Origin: an uncultured bacterium | GTDB lineage: Bacteria > Bacillota_I > Bacilli_A > RFN20 > CAG-826 | Direction: 5' to 3' | DNA: 64,000 bases | Assembly: GCA_949299195.1 (NCBI GenBank) | Contig: CASFZN010000017.1 | Coordinates: 3,714 to 67,713, forward strand | Shown: one piece after another, positions 18,710 to 28,669 of the stretch | Layout: each line of letters opens with the position of its first letter | Numbering within the stretch: position 1 is the first letter of the stretch | Translations under genes and position numbers: made by a program | Notes under the pieces: generated by a model | Told to the model about the DNA's origin: nothing | Database searches by the model: none | Seen by the model: the letters and a program-made list of their open reading frames with translations, nothing else

Positions 18710-19426
18710 TTATTTAGCCCTATTATCTTTATTATATTTAATTCTCAATTTCATTAATAGCGCCATTAAATAGCAAAGTCCGATAATTGCAACTAATAAT
18801 ATAATCATCCAATAAAATACTCCGATTCCGTTTTCGCCAACATTAAACCAGCCTAATGTTTGATAATCTAAGAAAAAATATGGAGCAAACCCACCTTCTG
18901 CAGAGCCATTAAAGTCAACTCCTTGAGTACTGCAAATAAAGAAAAAGAATAAATAATATAAAGGCATAGAAATTCCAACAAGTGGATTAACCTTATTTAA
19001 TTTAATATTCTTGTCAAAATAGTAAAAGTCAAAAAGAGCTAAACAAGGAACCAATAAATGCACTGATATATTAGAATAAGATGTTAAATAGCCTGCTTCT
19101 GTAACCATTGGGGCTAACATTCCAAAGAAAACTAGCATAGTTATTGTAATTGCGACTGTAAATAAAAATTTAATTAAATAAAATGCGTTATGTGTTAAGT
19201 AATCTTTTTTAAATATTAAGAACAAAATGTCTTTAACAAGAAATAATAAAACTGCGATTAATATCGTAATATTTGACTGAATAGTAAAATATAGAAATAA
19301 AGTATAATTTCCAGCCATAAAACCACCATTATAAAAATTTACAATCAAGCCACTTATTCCAATCGCCAATATTAATACTTTAATAACGATTGAAATAATC
19401 TTATTAGTTAATGCATTTATTTCCAT
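18710..19426 (-). CDS. Polytopic membrane protein, Pr6Pr/FAR-17a-like
   Basis: 238 aa with about 6 hydrophobic helices and no other motif. Confidence 0.45.
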   Translation of the reverse strand: MEINALTNKIISIVIKVLILAIGISGLIVNFYNGGFMAGNYTLFLYFTIQSNITILIAVLLFLVKDILFLIFKKDYLTHNAFYLIKFLFTVAITITMLVFFGMLAPMVTEAGYLTSYSNISVHLLVPCLALFDFYYFDKNIKLNKVNPLVGISMPLYYLFFFFICSTQGVDFNGSAEGGFAPYFFLDYQTLGWFNVGENGIGVFYWMIILLVAIIGLCYLMALLMKLRIKYNKDNRAK

Positions 19427-19458
19427 AATTTGTCCCTCTTTTTTAGTAAATCCTTTTT

Positions 19459-19494
19459 ATTTCTTACTAAGAAATAAATCTTTCCACGTGGAAA
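19459..19494. repeat. Repeat locus A: ATTTCTTACTAAGAAATAA immediately followed by the 14-bp palindrome TTTCCACGTGGAAA
   Basis: Member of the dispersed GTTTCCACGTGGAAAC / CTTACTAAGAAATAA repeat family (see findings). Confidence 0.7.
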
Positions 19495-19640
19495 TATTTT
19501 CTTCCGTATTTTATCGAATTTGTAAGTAAAAATACACTTTATTCTAATCCTAAACTTCTTTAAAAAATTAACAAAAAATTTAAAGCTTAGTAAGAATAAA
19601 AAATAACCGATAATGTTCGGCTATTTTTATGTTAAATATA

Positions 19641-20333
19641 TTAAGGATTAACTTTACTTACCTTTGGCTTTTCAACTAATTTGATGAACTTCTTGTCATC
19701 CATTTCTTTAACGTATCTAACCCTTCTAATTGCAAAATATCCTGTTGGAACAACAAGTAAGGCTAAAACCGCTTCTCCTATCATTCCAAAAAGGGTGACG
19801 GTTCCAAGTCCAACCATAATAAATTGACCAACATTTTTGAATGGATTAAAGAATTCCGAAATTCCTAAAGCAGCAGTAATTCCAAATGGATCTAAAATTC
19901 CAAATAAATATAAACACGAAAGGGTTACAACTGAATGTAAAAGTGATAATCCACAAGCTAAAAATGGCAAAGAAATATAATAAGTTTTTAAGGTAGAATG
20001 TTTTTTAACTACATCAAAAACAAGTCCAGCAACAAGACCAAAAATAGCTCTTGGTAAAATTGAAATAAATGGATTTTGATAGATGATATCAATTGGACCA
20101 GTAGGCATAGTAATTGCTCTAATCATTGAAAATAATCCAAAAACAAAACCATATAATAATCCTCGTTTCCAGCCAAAAATAGCTGCGCCCATTAAAACTA
20201 AAACTGGCATAGTTGTTAAAGTTATAGCGCCTAAAGTAATATAACCCAAATAATTAACAAATGTAAAAAGAACGATTAATGCGATAAAAAGCGCATCAAA
20301 ACTTATTAATCTTAACTTCTCAAGTCTTTCCAT
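19641..20333 (-). CDS. ECF-transporter substrate-specific (S) component, probably for pantothenate given its coaX neighbour
   Basis: Six-helix membrane protein of 230 aa, lying 2 nt downstream of coaX. Confidence 0.5.
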   Translation of the reverse strand: MERLEKLRLISFDALFIALIVLFTFVNYLGYITLGAITLTTMPVLVLMGAAIFGWKRGLLYGFVFGLFSMIRAITMPTGPIDIIYQNPFISILPRAIFGLVAGLVFDVVKKHSTLKTYYISLPFLACGLSLLHSVVTLSCLYLFGILDPFGITAALGISEFFNPFKNVGQFIMVGLGTVTLFGMIGEAVLALLVVPTGYFAIRRVRYVKEMDDKKFIKLVEKPKVSKVNP

Positions 20334-20335
20334 AA

Positions 20336-21100
20336 TTACTTCTTCCCATCCTTATTTAATAAATAAATTTGATATAAACCTTCTAAAGATAAATTTTCTT
20401 CATAGTGATAACAAATAATTTCGTTTTTAACTAAAGCACCATATCCGCCAGTTAAAATTCTTTCAACCTTATAGCCAAGTTCGTTTTCAATTCGTCTAGC
20501 AAATTCACTAACCATGTAAGCTTGACCAAAAACAATACCAGATTGAATACTTTCGATTGAATTTTTACCAATTATTCTTTTAGGAGCAACAAGTTCAACA
20601 TCATAAAGTTGAGCAGCATTTTTTGCTAATCCTTCCATTGATATTTTCATGCCAGCGGTAATAATTCCTCCGACTAATGCCCCGTTTTTATCAACTACAG
20701 AGATTTTAGTAGCTGTACCTAAATCGGCAACAACAAAAGGTGGATTATATTTTTTTAATCCTCCTACAGCGGTAGCTATAAAATCAGCTCCTAATTCCTT
20801 TGGATTATCAATCTTGATAGGAATTTTTGTTTTAAGTGATGAATTTAATATTTTTGCGTCAACATTAAATACTTTTGAAACAGCAACCTTTAAGACCCTA
20901 GTTAATGAAGGAACAACAGAAGAGATAATAGCACCTTCAATATCGACATCTTTGATTAAAGATTTCAATTTAATAGCATATTCATCGCTACTTTCATCAA
21001 TAGCACTCTTAAGTGAATATTTGCTTGCTAATTCGTCTTTTGTTTCATCAAAAAGAGCAATCTTAATAGATGTATTTCCAATTTCAATACATAAGACCAT
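20336..21100 (-). CDS. coaX: Type III pantothenate kinase
   Basis: Motifs LCIEIGNTSIK and DLGTATK; 254 aa. Confidence 0.85.
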   Translation of the reverse strand: MVLCIEIGNTSIKIALFDETKDELASKYSLKSAIDESSDEYAIKLKSLIKDVDIEGAIISSVVPSLTRVLKVAVSKVFNVDAKILNSSLKTKIPIKIDNPKELGADFIATAVGGLKKYNPPFVVADLGTATKISVVDKNGALVGGIITAGMKISMEGLAKNAAQLYDVELVAPKRIIGKNSIESIQSGIVFGQAYMVSEFARRIENELGYKVERILTGGYGALVKNEIICYHYEENLSLEGLYQIYLLNKDGKK

Positions 21101-21232
21101 TTTTACTTTTTCCTCCTCTACAACCTAAAATAAATTAGTGTCGTGATTTGTAACGATGATATTCTATAACTAAATATTGATATTTTCTACTAAAATAGTA
21201 AGAAATATTTATTATTTACTTATTTATTTGTT

Positions 21233-21264
21233 AAAAAATTGAGACGATTAATCAGTCGTCTCAA
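21233..21264 (-). terminator. Rho-independent terminator for the 21248..22030 gene
   Basis: Perfect 9-bp stem TTGAGACGA/TCGTCTCAA with loop TTAATCAG (which contains the stop codon), then TTTTTT on the minus strand. Confidence 0.7.
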
Positions 21265-22030
21265 TTTTAATTGGTTCTTCTTTATCTATTTTCATTTTCT
21301 TTCGAGTTAAGTCTTCATTAAAGAATTTATTAATACCTAAATAGATAAGATACATCGAAGGTAAACCTAAGTTAGTTTCAATTAAACTATTAATTAATAT
21401 AGTTTGGATAGATGCTTCATTAAATGGCCTAATTCCATTAATTAAAAGTGAAAATTCCCAGCAGAATTGAACGCTTATTCCAATTAAGTTTAACAATAAA
21501 ACATTGATCAATTTCTTTTTGGTAAATAAAGAATAGATAATAACAGATAAATAAGAAACTACGAGGAATATCGCCATAAAATAGTGATATTGATTAGTAG
21601 TTCTATAGGTTTGGATGTTATTTTCTCCTCCAGCAACAGTAATTGAAGGTAAAACAAGCCGCCATCCAATAATTAAAGTAAGCCAATATTTTAAATATTC
21701 ATCTTTTCTTAAGCATAACCAGATGAATGCAAAATTAGTTATGCCATAAGATATGCTCATCCATAATAAGACCAAACAAGTATTTAAATTTCCCTGAATT
21801 ACTCCATCAATTGAAACGCTTCTACTACCACTTATTAGATAAAAATATCCATAATCTACGATAAAATAGAGAATTCCTCCAAATAAAGACCAAATGAGTG
21901 TTTGATATCTTTTTTTAAGGATTAATAAAACTAGTAATAAGACTATAAATATCGAATCTAAAATAATATAAAGTAGATTGAAGTTTCGAGTAGGAGTGAT
22001 TACACTCTCTAAAACATTTAATAAATTCAT
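21248..22030 (-). CDS. Hypothetical polytopic membrane protein
   Basis: 260 aa with about 7 hydrophobic segments and no recognisable motif. Confidence 0.45.
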   Translation of the reverse strand: MNLLNVLESVITPTRNFNLLYIILDSIFIVLLLVLLILKKRYQTLIWSLFGGILYFIVDYGYFYLISGSRSVSIDGVIQGNLNTCLVLLWMSISYGITNFAFIWLCLRKDEYLKYWLTLIIGWRLVLPSITVAGGENNIQTYRTTNQYHYFMAIFLVVSYLSVIIYSLFTKKKLINVLLLNLIGISVQFCWEFSLLINGIRPFNEASIQTILINSLIETNLGLPSMYLIYLGINKFFNEDLTRKKMKIDKEEPIKIETTD

Positions 22031-22068
22031 ATAGATAACAACATTTGTTTTTAAACACTTTTTAATAA

Positions 22069-24465
22069 TTAAATAGCAACAATATTTAAGATTTTGCCCT
22101 TAACATAAATAATTTTTTTGATTTCTTTATTATCGGTGAAGGCTTTAACTTTTTCGCTACTAAAGGCAAGTTCTTTAATTTCTTCTTCGCTAATTTCTTT
22201 ATTAACTTCTAAAACATCTCTTAATTTACCATTAACTTGAACTGCAACTTTAACGGTATCTAAGACAAGTTTACTTTCATCATAAGTAGGCCATGATTCA
22301 AATGTAATTAAGTTTTCATGTCCTAACATATTCCAAATTTCTTCTCCAACAAATGGGCAGATACAGTCAAACATTTTAACGAATCCTTCCATATATGGGC
22401 GATAGAGCGATTTAGCTTTATAAACATCATTCATAAAGATCATCATTTGAGAAATTGCGGTGTTAAATTGAAGATTTTCGAAGTCGTTGGTAACTTTTTT
22501 AACTAAATAGTTATAGGAATAATCAAGTTCGCCACTATTTCCATCACTAAATTTATCTAAGAATTCTTTTTCAGAATAAACTCTATAAACTCTATCGATA
22601 AATTTTCTAGCACCAGTACATGCACTTGGATTCCAAGGAAGCGATGCTTCAAGTGGACCCATAAACATTTCATAAAGTCTTAAAGTATCAGCACCTAAAA
22701 CTTCACAAACATCATCAGGATTAACAACATTTCCATATGATTTAGACATTTTTCTTCCATCTTCACCTAAAATCATGCCTTGGTGGAATAATTTTTTAAA
22801 TGGTTCTTTTGAAGAAACTATTCCTTTATCATATAAGAATTTATGCCAGAATCTTGCATATAATAAATGTAAGACTGCGTGCTCTTGTCCTCCAATATAA
22901 AGATCAACTGGTAACCAGTAATCGAGTAATTTCTTATCACCAATTTCGTTATCATTATGTGGATCAATATAACGGATATAATACCAACAGCTTCCTGCCC
23001 ATTGAGGCATTGTATTGGTTTCTCTTAATCCATGTTTGCCTTCAATAACAACTTCTCTCCATTTTGTTGCATGAACAAGTGGAGATTCACCAGTTCCTGA
23101 AACTTTATATTCATCTAATTCTGGTAATTCAAGAGGTAAGTTCTTTTCAAGAATTTTACTTCCATCATCCATTTGAATAATTGGAATTGGTTCACCCCAA
23201 TATCTTTGACGTGAGAATAACCAGTCTCTTAATTTATAGTTAACCTTATAATTTCCTGAATTTATTTCAATTAATTTATCAGTAACTGCTTTTTTAGCAT
23301 CTTCAATATTCATTCCGTTTATAAAATCAGAATTAATATGAGGTGCATCTTCAATCATTGCTTCATTGCTAATATCACCTTCAAGAACTTGAACAATTGG
23401 TAAATTATGAGCTTTTGCAAAGCCATAATCTCTTTCATCATGTGCAGGAACAGCCATAACTGCGCCACTACCATAACTTCCCAATACATAATCAGCAATA
23501 TAAATAGGAACTTCTTTATTATTAATAGGATTTATAGCGTATCTTCCCATAAATACACCGGTTTTTGCTTTATCTGTGCCAGTTCTTTCAAGGTCGGATT
23601 TAGATTCAACTTCTTTGATATATTTATCAACTGCTTCTTTACATTCACTAGTTACTAATTTTTGAACTAATGGATGTTCAGGAGCTAAACAACAATATGT
23701 ACAGCCAAAAAGTGTATCGGCTCTAGTTGTAAATACTTTAAAAGTATCATCGCTATCTTTGATTTTAAATGTAATTTCAGTTCCTAAACTTTTACCAATC
23801 CAGTTTCTTTGAGCCTCGATAGTAGAGTTTGGCCAATCTAATTCTTTTAAATCTTCTGCTAATCTATCAGCATATGCAGTAATTTTTAAATTCCATTGTC
23901 TCATTGGTTTTCTAATTACTGGATAGCCACCTCTTTCGCTTTTCCCATCAATAACTTCTTCATTTGCTAAAACTGTTCCAAGTTCAGGGCAAAAATTTAC
24001 AGGTTTATAGTCTTCATACGCTAAACCATCTTCATAAAGCATTGAGAAAATCTTTTGTGTCCATTTATAGTATTTAGGATCGCAGGTTGTAACTTCCCTA
24101 TCATAATCATATGAAAAACCTAATAATTGAAGTTGTCTTCTAAAATTATTGATATTGTTTAAAGTAAATTCATATGGATGACGATTCATTTTCATCGCAT
24201 ATTGTTCAGCTGGAAGTCCAAAAGCATCCCATCCGATAGGATGTAAGACATTATATCCTTGCATTCTCTTCATTCTTGCAACAATATCGGTTGCAGTATA
24301 GCCTTCTGGATGTCCAACGTGTAAACCTTGTCCACTTGGGAAAGGGAACATATCCATTACAAAGTATTTTGGTTTAGAAAAATCTGAAGTATCACATTTA
24401 TACTCTTTTCTTTCAAGCCAGATTTTTGACCATTTTGCTTCAATTTCCTTGTGATTGTAAGCCAT
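22069..24465 (-). CDS. leuS: Leucine--tRNA ligase
   Basis: HVGH (HIGH) and KMSKS motifs plus a CP1 editing domain; 798 aa; strong SD AAGGAGGAAG. Confidence 0.95.
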   Translation of the reverse strand: MAYNHKEIEAKWSKIWLERKEYKCDTSDFSKPKYFVMDMFPFPSGQGLHVGHPEGYTATDIVARMKRMQGYNVLHPIGWDAFGLPAEQYAMKMNRHPYEFTLNNINNFRRQLQLLGFSYDYDREVTTCDPKYYKWTQKIFSMLYEDGLAYEDYKPVNFCPELGTVLANEEVIDGKSERGGYPVIRKPMRQWNLKITAYADRLAEDLKELDWPNSTIEAQRNWIGKSLGTEITFKIKDSDDTFKVFTTRADTLFGCTYCCLAPEHPLVQKLVTSECKEAVDKYIKEVESKSDLERTGTDKAKTGVFMGRYAINPINNKEVPIYIADYVLGSYGSGAVMAVPAHDERDYGFAKAHNLPIVQVLEGDISNEAMIEDAPHINSDFINGMNIEDAKKAVTDKLIEINSGNYKVNYKLRDWLFSRQRYWGEPIPIIQMDDGSKILEKNLPLELPELDEYKVSGTGESPLVHATKWREVVIEGKHGLRETNTMPQWAGSCWYYIRYIDPHNDNEIGDKKLLDYWLPVDLYIGGQEHAVLHLLYARFWHKFLYDKGIVSSKEPFKKLFHQGMILGEDGRKMSKSYGNVVNPDDVCEVLGADTLRLYEMFMGPLEASLPWNPSACTGARKFIDRVYRVYSEKEFLDKFSDGNSGELDYSYNYLVKKVTNDFENLQFNTAISQMMIFMNDVYKAKSLYRPYMEGFVKMFDCICPFVGEEIWNMLGHENLITFESWPTYDESKLVLDTVKVAVQVNGKLRDVLEVNKEISEEEIKELAFSSEKVKAFTDNKEIKKIIYVKGKILNIVAI

Positions 24466-24833
24466 TTTCTTCCTCCTTGTTTTAATATAAAAGCGCCCTT
24501 ACTAGAAAAGACACTTTCAAATATCTTTTTTAATAAGGACGCTCAACTTTTAAATTAATTTTATAAGCGCGGTACCACCTTAATTCATCTAATTTATTTC
24601 TTAGTAAGGAATATTTTAATACCTACTAGAATGATAGTAGACTTTAAAGTTTCTACGCGGAAACTTTTTTAATGCTTACTAAGCTTTAAAAGATGCACTT
24701 ATTTATATAGTTTTTACCATACGTGAGACTCTTTTATTAATCTATTAACTTTCACCAACCGTTAACTCTCTAAAAGATTAATTTTTAAAAGATTAATCGT
24801 ACTAGACAATAATTTAACATAAATTTATTAACT
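24466..24833 (-). promoter_or_regulatory. T-box leucine riboswitch leader for leuS
   Basis: The T-box sequence AATTAAGGTGGTACCGCGC is the reverse complement of 24567-24585. The specifier CUC-A is the reverse complement of 24725-24727. Terminator halves AGCGUCCUU and AAGGGCGCUUUU lie at 24489-24545. A candidate promoter, TTGTCT-17-TAAAAT, lies at about 24781-24809. Confidence 0.75.
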
Positions 24834-24855
24834 AAAAAAGGGGAAGTTTATCCCC
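24834..24855 (-). terminator. Rho-independent terminator for glgA
   Basis: Stem GGGGA/TCCCC with loop AGTTTA, then TTTTTT on the minus strand. Confidence 0.6.
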
Positions 24856-24862
24856 ATTTTTA

Positions 24863-26314
24863 TTAATCGTTATAAGATAAAGCAAGTCTATATAATTTTA
24901 AATATTCCTCAGCAGATTCATTCCATGAATGATCAGTATTTAAAGCGTTTTTAACTAAATTATCCATAACATCCTTTTTATAATAATAAGTAGTTAATGC
25001 ACTTGAAACACATTTTAATGCATCAATAATGGAATAATCATCGAACCCAAATCCATTAGCAATATCTTCATTCTTTCTTTCGGCATCATAACAGATAACT
25101 GAATCTTTTAAGCCGCCAGTTCTTCTAACAAGAGGTAAAGAACCATATCTTTGGGCAATCATTTGACCTAATCCGCATGGTTCAAATGCACTTGGCATAA
25201 TGAAGAAATCACTAGCTGCATATAATTTATGAGCGATATCTTCGCTATAACCTATATATACATAGTTATGAGATGGATTTCTTGCATAAAGATTATTAAA
25301 CATATCTTCTGCATATCTTTCGCCGCTTCCTAAAACCGCGAAGTTGCCACCTTCATGAGTTAAAAAGTCTGCCATAGCATAGATTAAATCTAATCCTTTT
25401 TGGTCAGTTAGTCTTGAAACAACTGCGAAAAGTGGTAATTCTGGATCAAGATTATTTTCTTTACAGAATTCTTCTTTGTTAATCTTTTTATTAGTTTTAT
25501 AGTTATTAACGGTAAAATTCTTATAAATTGTCTTATCTTTTTTAGGATCAAAAGCGGTATAATCCATTCCGTTTAAAATTCCAACAAAGTCATTTTGTCT
25601 TAAAATTAAGTCATACCATAACCCCTTACTTCCTTCGACAGTTGTAAGTTCATAAGCATGAGTTGGACTAACGGTTGTGATTTTATCAGCGAATTTAATT
25701 CCAGCTTTTAAAGTTGAAACTTGATCATCGAATCTAACACTTCCATCATCATATAACGAGGTAGGGAGATTATATAAATCATATAAAGAGTCTCTTCCTA
25801 AATAACCTTTAAATAATGGATTATGAATGGTTAAAACGGTTCTAACTTTCTTTAAGTCGGGATCGTTATGGTAACAAGTTTTTAAAATACATGGAATCAT
25901 TCCACCTTGCCAGTCATGAACATGGGCAATATCAACTTTAAATGGGAGTTTTTTAAGTAAAAGAGTTGAAGCTAAAGCAAAGAAAGCAAATCTTTCACCA
26001 TCATCATAGAAGCCATAAATATTTCCAGGACGATTGAAATAGTAATCATTTTTGATAAAGAAATATTCGATTCCTTCATAGAAAAGATGATAAACTTCGC
26101 ATTCTTTATATCTCCAGTTCATCTTTACTTCATAGGAAAATAATTTTTTTAATTTTGGATATTTGTCGAAATTAATTTTGGAATATAAAGGGGAAACAAC
26201 TGCTACTTTTTCACCCTTTTTAACATATTCCATACTTAAAGAATATGCGACATCACCTAAGCCACCAGTTTTAGAAAATGGATAGCATTCACTTGTTACC
26301 ATTACAATATTCAT
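24863..26314 (-). CDS. glgA: Glycogen synthase
   Basis: Motif SECYPFSKTGGLGDV; 483 aa. Confidence 0.9.
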   Translation of the reverse strand: MNIVMVTSECYPFSKTGGLGDVAYSLSMEYVKKGEKVAVVSPLYSKINFDKYPKLKKLFSYEVKMNWRYKECEVYHLFYEGIEYFFIKNDYYFNRPGNIYGFYDDGERFAFFALASTLLLKKLPFKVDIAHVHDWQGGMIPCILKTCYHNDPDLKKVRTVLTIHNPLFKGYLGRDSLYDLYNLPTSLYDDGSVRFDDQVSTLKAGIKFADKITTVSPTHAYELTTVEGSKGLWYDLILRQNDFVGILNGMDYTAFDPKKDKTIYKNFTVNNYKTNKKINKEEFCKENNLDPELPLFAVVSRLTDQKGLDLIYAMADFLTHEGGNFAVLGSGERYAEDMFNNLYARNPSHNYVYIGYSEDIAHKLYAASDFFIMPSAFEPCGLGQMIAQRYGSLPLVRRTGGLKDSVICYDAERKNEDIANGFGFDDYSIIDALKCVSSALTTYYYKKDVMDNLVKNALNTDHSWNESAEEYLKLYRLALSYND

Positions 26315-26316
26315 AA

Positions 26317-27441
26317 TTATATTTTTTCTCCTTGTGGGACATAAATGATTTCATTTTTTGCACCACATACTTCATTTTTATTAGCAAAAACGCAGAGTTT
26401 ATCGCTAACTACTTTCTTTAAATGGACTCCGCTTTTAATGACACAGTCACTAAAAATAATTGAATCTTCAACAGTTGCACCTTCTTCAACAACAACATTA
26501 CGTGCTAAAACTGAGTTTTTAACCTTTCCATAAACACTACATCCATTTGCGACAACGCTATCTACAACATCGCAGTTAGGCCCATATAAAACAGGTCTAG
26601 TGTCGTGAGTTCTGGTATAAATTTTCCAATCTTCGGAGAAATAATCTTCATTTAAATTCTCTAAATTGTCTTTTAATTTCATGGTTGCTTCATAATATTT
26701 TTCTAAGCTATTAACATAGGTTAATGCTCCATCAAATTTAATACCATGAATTTCATAGTTTGAATATCTTTGAATATAAGTCATTAAATCTGCCATATTG
26801 TAGACATTTGAAATATTTTTGACTAAATCTAGACATTCTTTTAAATAATCCTTATCAAAGATATAGGTTCTTAAAGAGATAAAGACGGTTTTATCTTTTG
26901 GATCGACCTTATCTACTTTTTGGACATTTCCTAAAGCGTTGATAGTGATTTTATTTAAACCTAAATAGTCTTTTCCAGCATTTTCAACTTCACTATAAAG
27001 AACTGAAACTTTCTTATTAGATTTAATGTGTTCTTCAACAACCTTACGATAATCAACCTTCATAACAAATCCAACAGGTACAAAAAGTACATATTTTGAA
27101 TCTTTATCATAAAGGAAATAATCGTTTGCTCTTAAGTTATTAATATCGGTATTTAAAAATGGATTATGGAAACCTTCTTCATGAATCATCCATTGAAAGA
27201 ATCCGGTTTTTGGATTTTTTAAATACGCATTATCGCTTCTTATGTGTTTAATAATACTTCTTGAATAATTTTTAATCATGATTCCAACATTATCGACACC
27301 TGAATTTGTTAAATTTGATAATGCAAAATCAATAAAGGTATATCTTCCTAAAAAAGTTGTAGAAGCAGCAGGTCTTTTTTCAGTTAATAAACCAAATTCA
27401 GGAGTTGAATAAAGATTAATTAAAGCAACTGTGTTTTTCAT
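26317..27441 (-). CDS. glgD: Glucose-1-phosphate adenylyltransferase, GlgD regulatory subunit
   Basis: Homolog of GlgC lacking the catalytic GGxGxRL motif, followed by a LbH repeat domain; 374 aa. Confidence 0.75.
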   Translation of the reverse strand: MKNTVALINLYSTPEFGLLTEKRPAASTTFLGRYTFIDFALSNLTNSGVDNVGIMIKNYSRSIIKHIRSDNAYLKNPKTGFFQWMIHEEGFHNPFLNTDINNLRANDYFLYDKDSKYVLFVPVGFVMKVDYRKVVEEHIKSNKKVSVLYSEVENAGKDYLGLNKITINALGNVQKVDKVDPKDKTVFISLRTYIFDKDYLKECLDLVKNISNVYNMADLMTYIQRYSNYEIHGIKFDGALTYVNSLEKYYEATMKLKDNLENLNEDYFSEDWKIYTRTHDTRPVLYGPNCDVVDSVVANGCSVYGKVKNSVLARNVVVEEGATVEDSIIFSDCVIKSGVHLKKVVSDKLCVFANKNEVCGAKNEIIYVPQGEKI

Positions 27442-28574
27442 TGTTGTAAATTCCTCTCATAATCTAATAATACGATTTTACCGGTATTTTTATTGATTTC
27501 TTCTTTTTCTTTAATAACGGTATTAGGGCCTAAAATTGCATTTTCAACATAGGCACCTTTTCTAATAATTACTCCAGGCATTAAGACTGATTTAACAACC
27601 TTTGCACCCTCTTCAATCATAACTTCATTAGAAATTACGCTTTCAGAGACATCGCCAAATATTCTTGCGCCTTGATTTATAAGTGAATCTTTAACCTTTG
27701 CTTTTTTATCAATAAATTGTGGTAAAGAATTGGTATCTTCACTAAATACTTTTGGATATTCATCAAAATGAATGGTATCTTCAGTTCTTTTTGATGGTAA
27801 TAATTCCATATTTGCTTGATGTAAACTATCAACAGTTCCAACATCTCTCCAATAGCCTTTAAAGCGATAAGCTACGAGTTTTTTATTTTCTTTTAACATC
27901 TTAGGGATAATATTTTTACCAAAATCGTTTTCACTATTTGGATCTTTATGATCTTCAATTAAAGCGCTTCTTAAGGCCTTATAAGTAAAGATATAAACGC
28001 CCATACTTGCTAAATTTGATTTTGGTTCTTTTGGTTTTTCGACGAATTTAGTAATAACATCATTACTATCAACCTCTAAAATACCAAATCTTGATGCTTC
28101 TTTAATATCAACTTCTAAAACGGAAATTGTACAATCGGCCTTACTTTCAGTATGTAAACGAATCATTTCATCATAACTAGTTTTATAGATATGATCTCCT
28201 GAAAGAATAAGGACATATTTTGGATCCTCTTCATCCAAAAAGTCGATATTTTGATAAATTGCATCTGCAGTACCCTTATACCAATTAGCTCCGCTTTCAG
28301 TTTGTCTTGGCGCTAAGGCAACACAAGTTGAGTCAACTCCATCGAATCCCCATTTTGAGCCGTTACCGATGTAGTTGTTTAAAACGACTGATTCATACTG
28401 TGTTAAAACACCACATGAATCGATTGCTGAGTTAGCTACGTTTGATAAAGAAAAGTCAATAATACGATACTTACCACCAAAATAAACTGCAGGTTTTGCA
28501 ATTTTTTTGGTTAATTGATGAAGTCTCGTTCCTTTACCTCCGGCTAAGATCATCGCTACAACATTTCTACCCAT
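27438..28574 (-). CDS. glgC: Glucose-1-phosphate adenylyltransferase
   Basis: Motif ILAGGKGTRLHQLTKKIAKPAV; 378 aa. Confidence 0.9.
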   Translation of the reverse strand: MGRNVVAMILAGGKGTRLHQLTKKIAKPAVYFGGKYRIIDFSLSNVANSAIDSCGVLTQYESVVLNNYIGNGSKWGFDGVDSTCVALAPRQTESGANWYKGTADAIYQNIDFLDEEDPKYVLILSGDHIYKTSYDEMIRLHTESKADCTISVLEVDIKEASRFGILEVDSNDVITKFVEKPKEPKSNLASMGVYIFTYKALRSALIEDHKDPNSENDFGKNIIPKMLKENKKLVAYRFKGYWRDVGTVDSLHQANMELLPSKRTEDTIHFDEYPKVFSEDTNSLPQFIDKKAKVKDSLINQGARIFGDVSESVISNEVMIEEGAKVVKSVLMPGVIIRKGAYVENAILGPNTVIKEKEEINKNTGKIVLLDYERNLQQ

Positions 28575-28669
28575 ACTTTCCTCCCATTTAGATAAAAATA
28601 TTTATTTATAATCAATTTTTATTGCCTTCTATTTTTAAAATATTAAAGAATAAAAATTAATTTAATATA

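Noticed and set aside
28575-28669. A fourth JetD/MksG (Toprim/DUF2220) gene completing a Wadjet system
   Set aside because: Only 95 bp separate the SMC-like gene from glgC, and the gene upstream of the operon is a glycerophosphodiester phosphodiesterase. No ORF of about 350-450 aa with Toprim-like motifs exists in or next to the operon.
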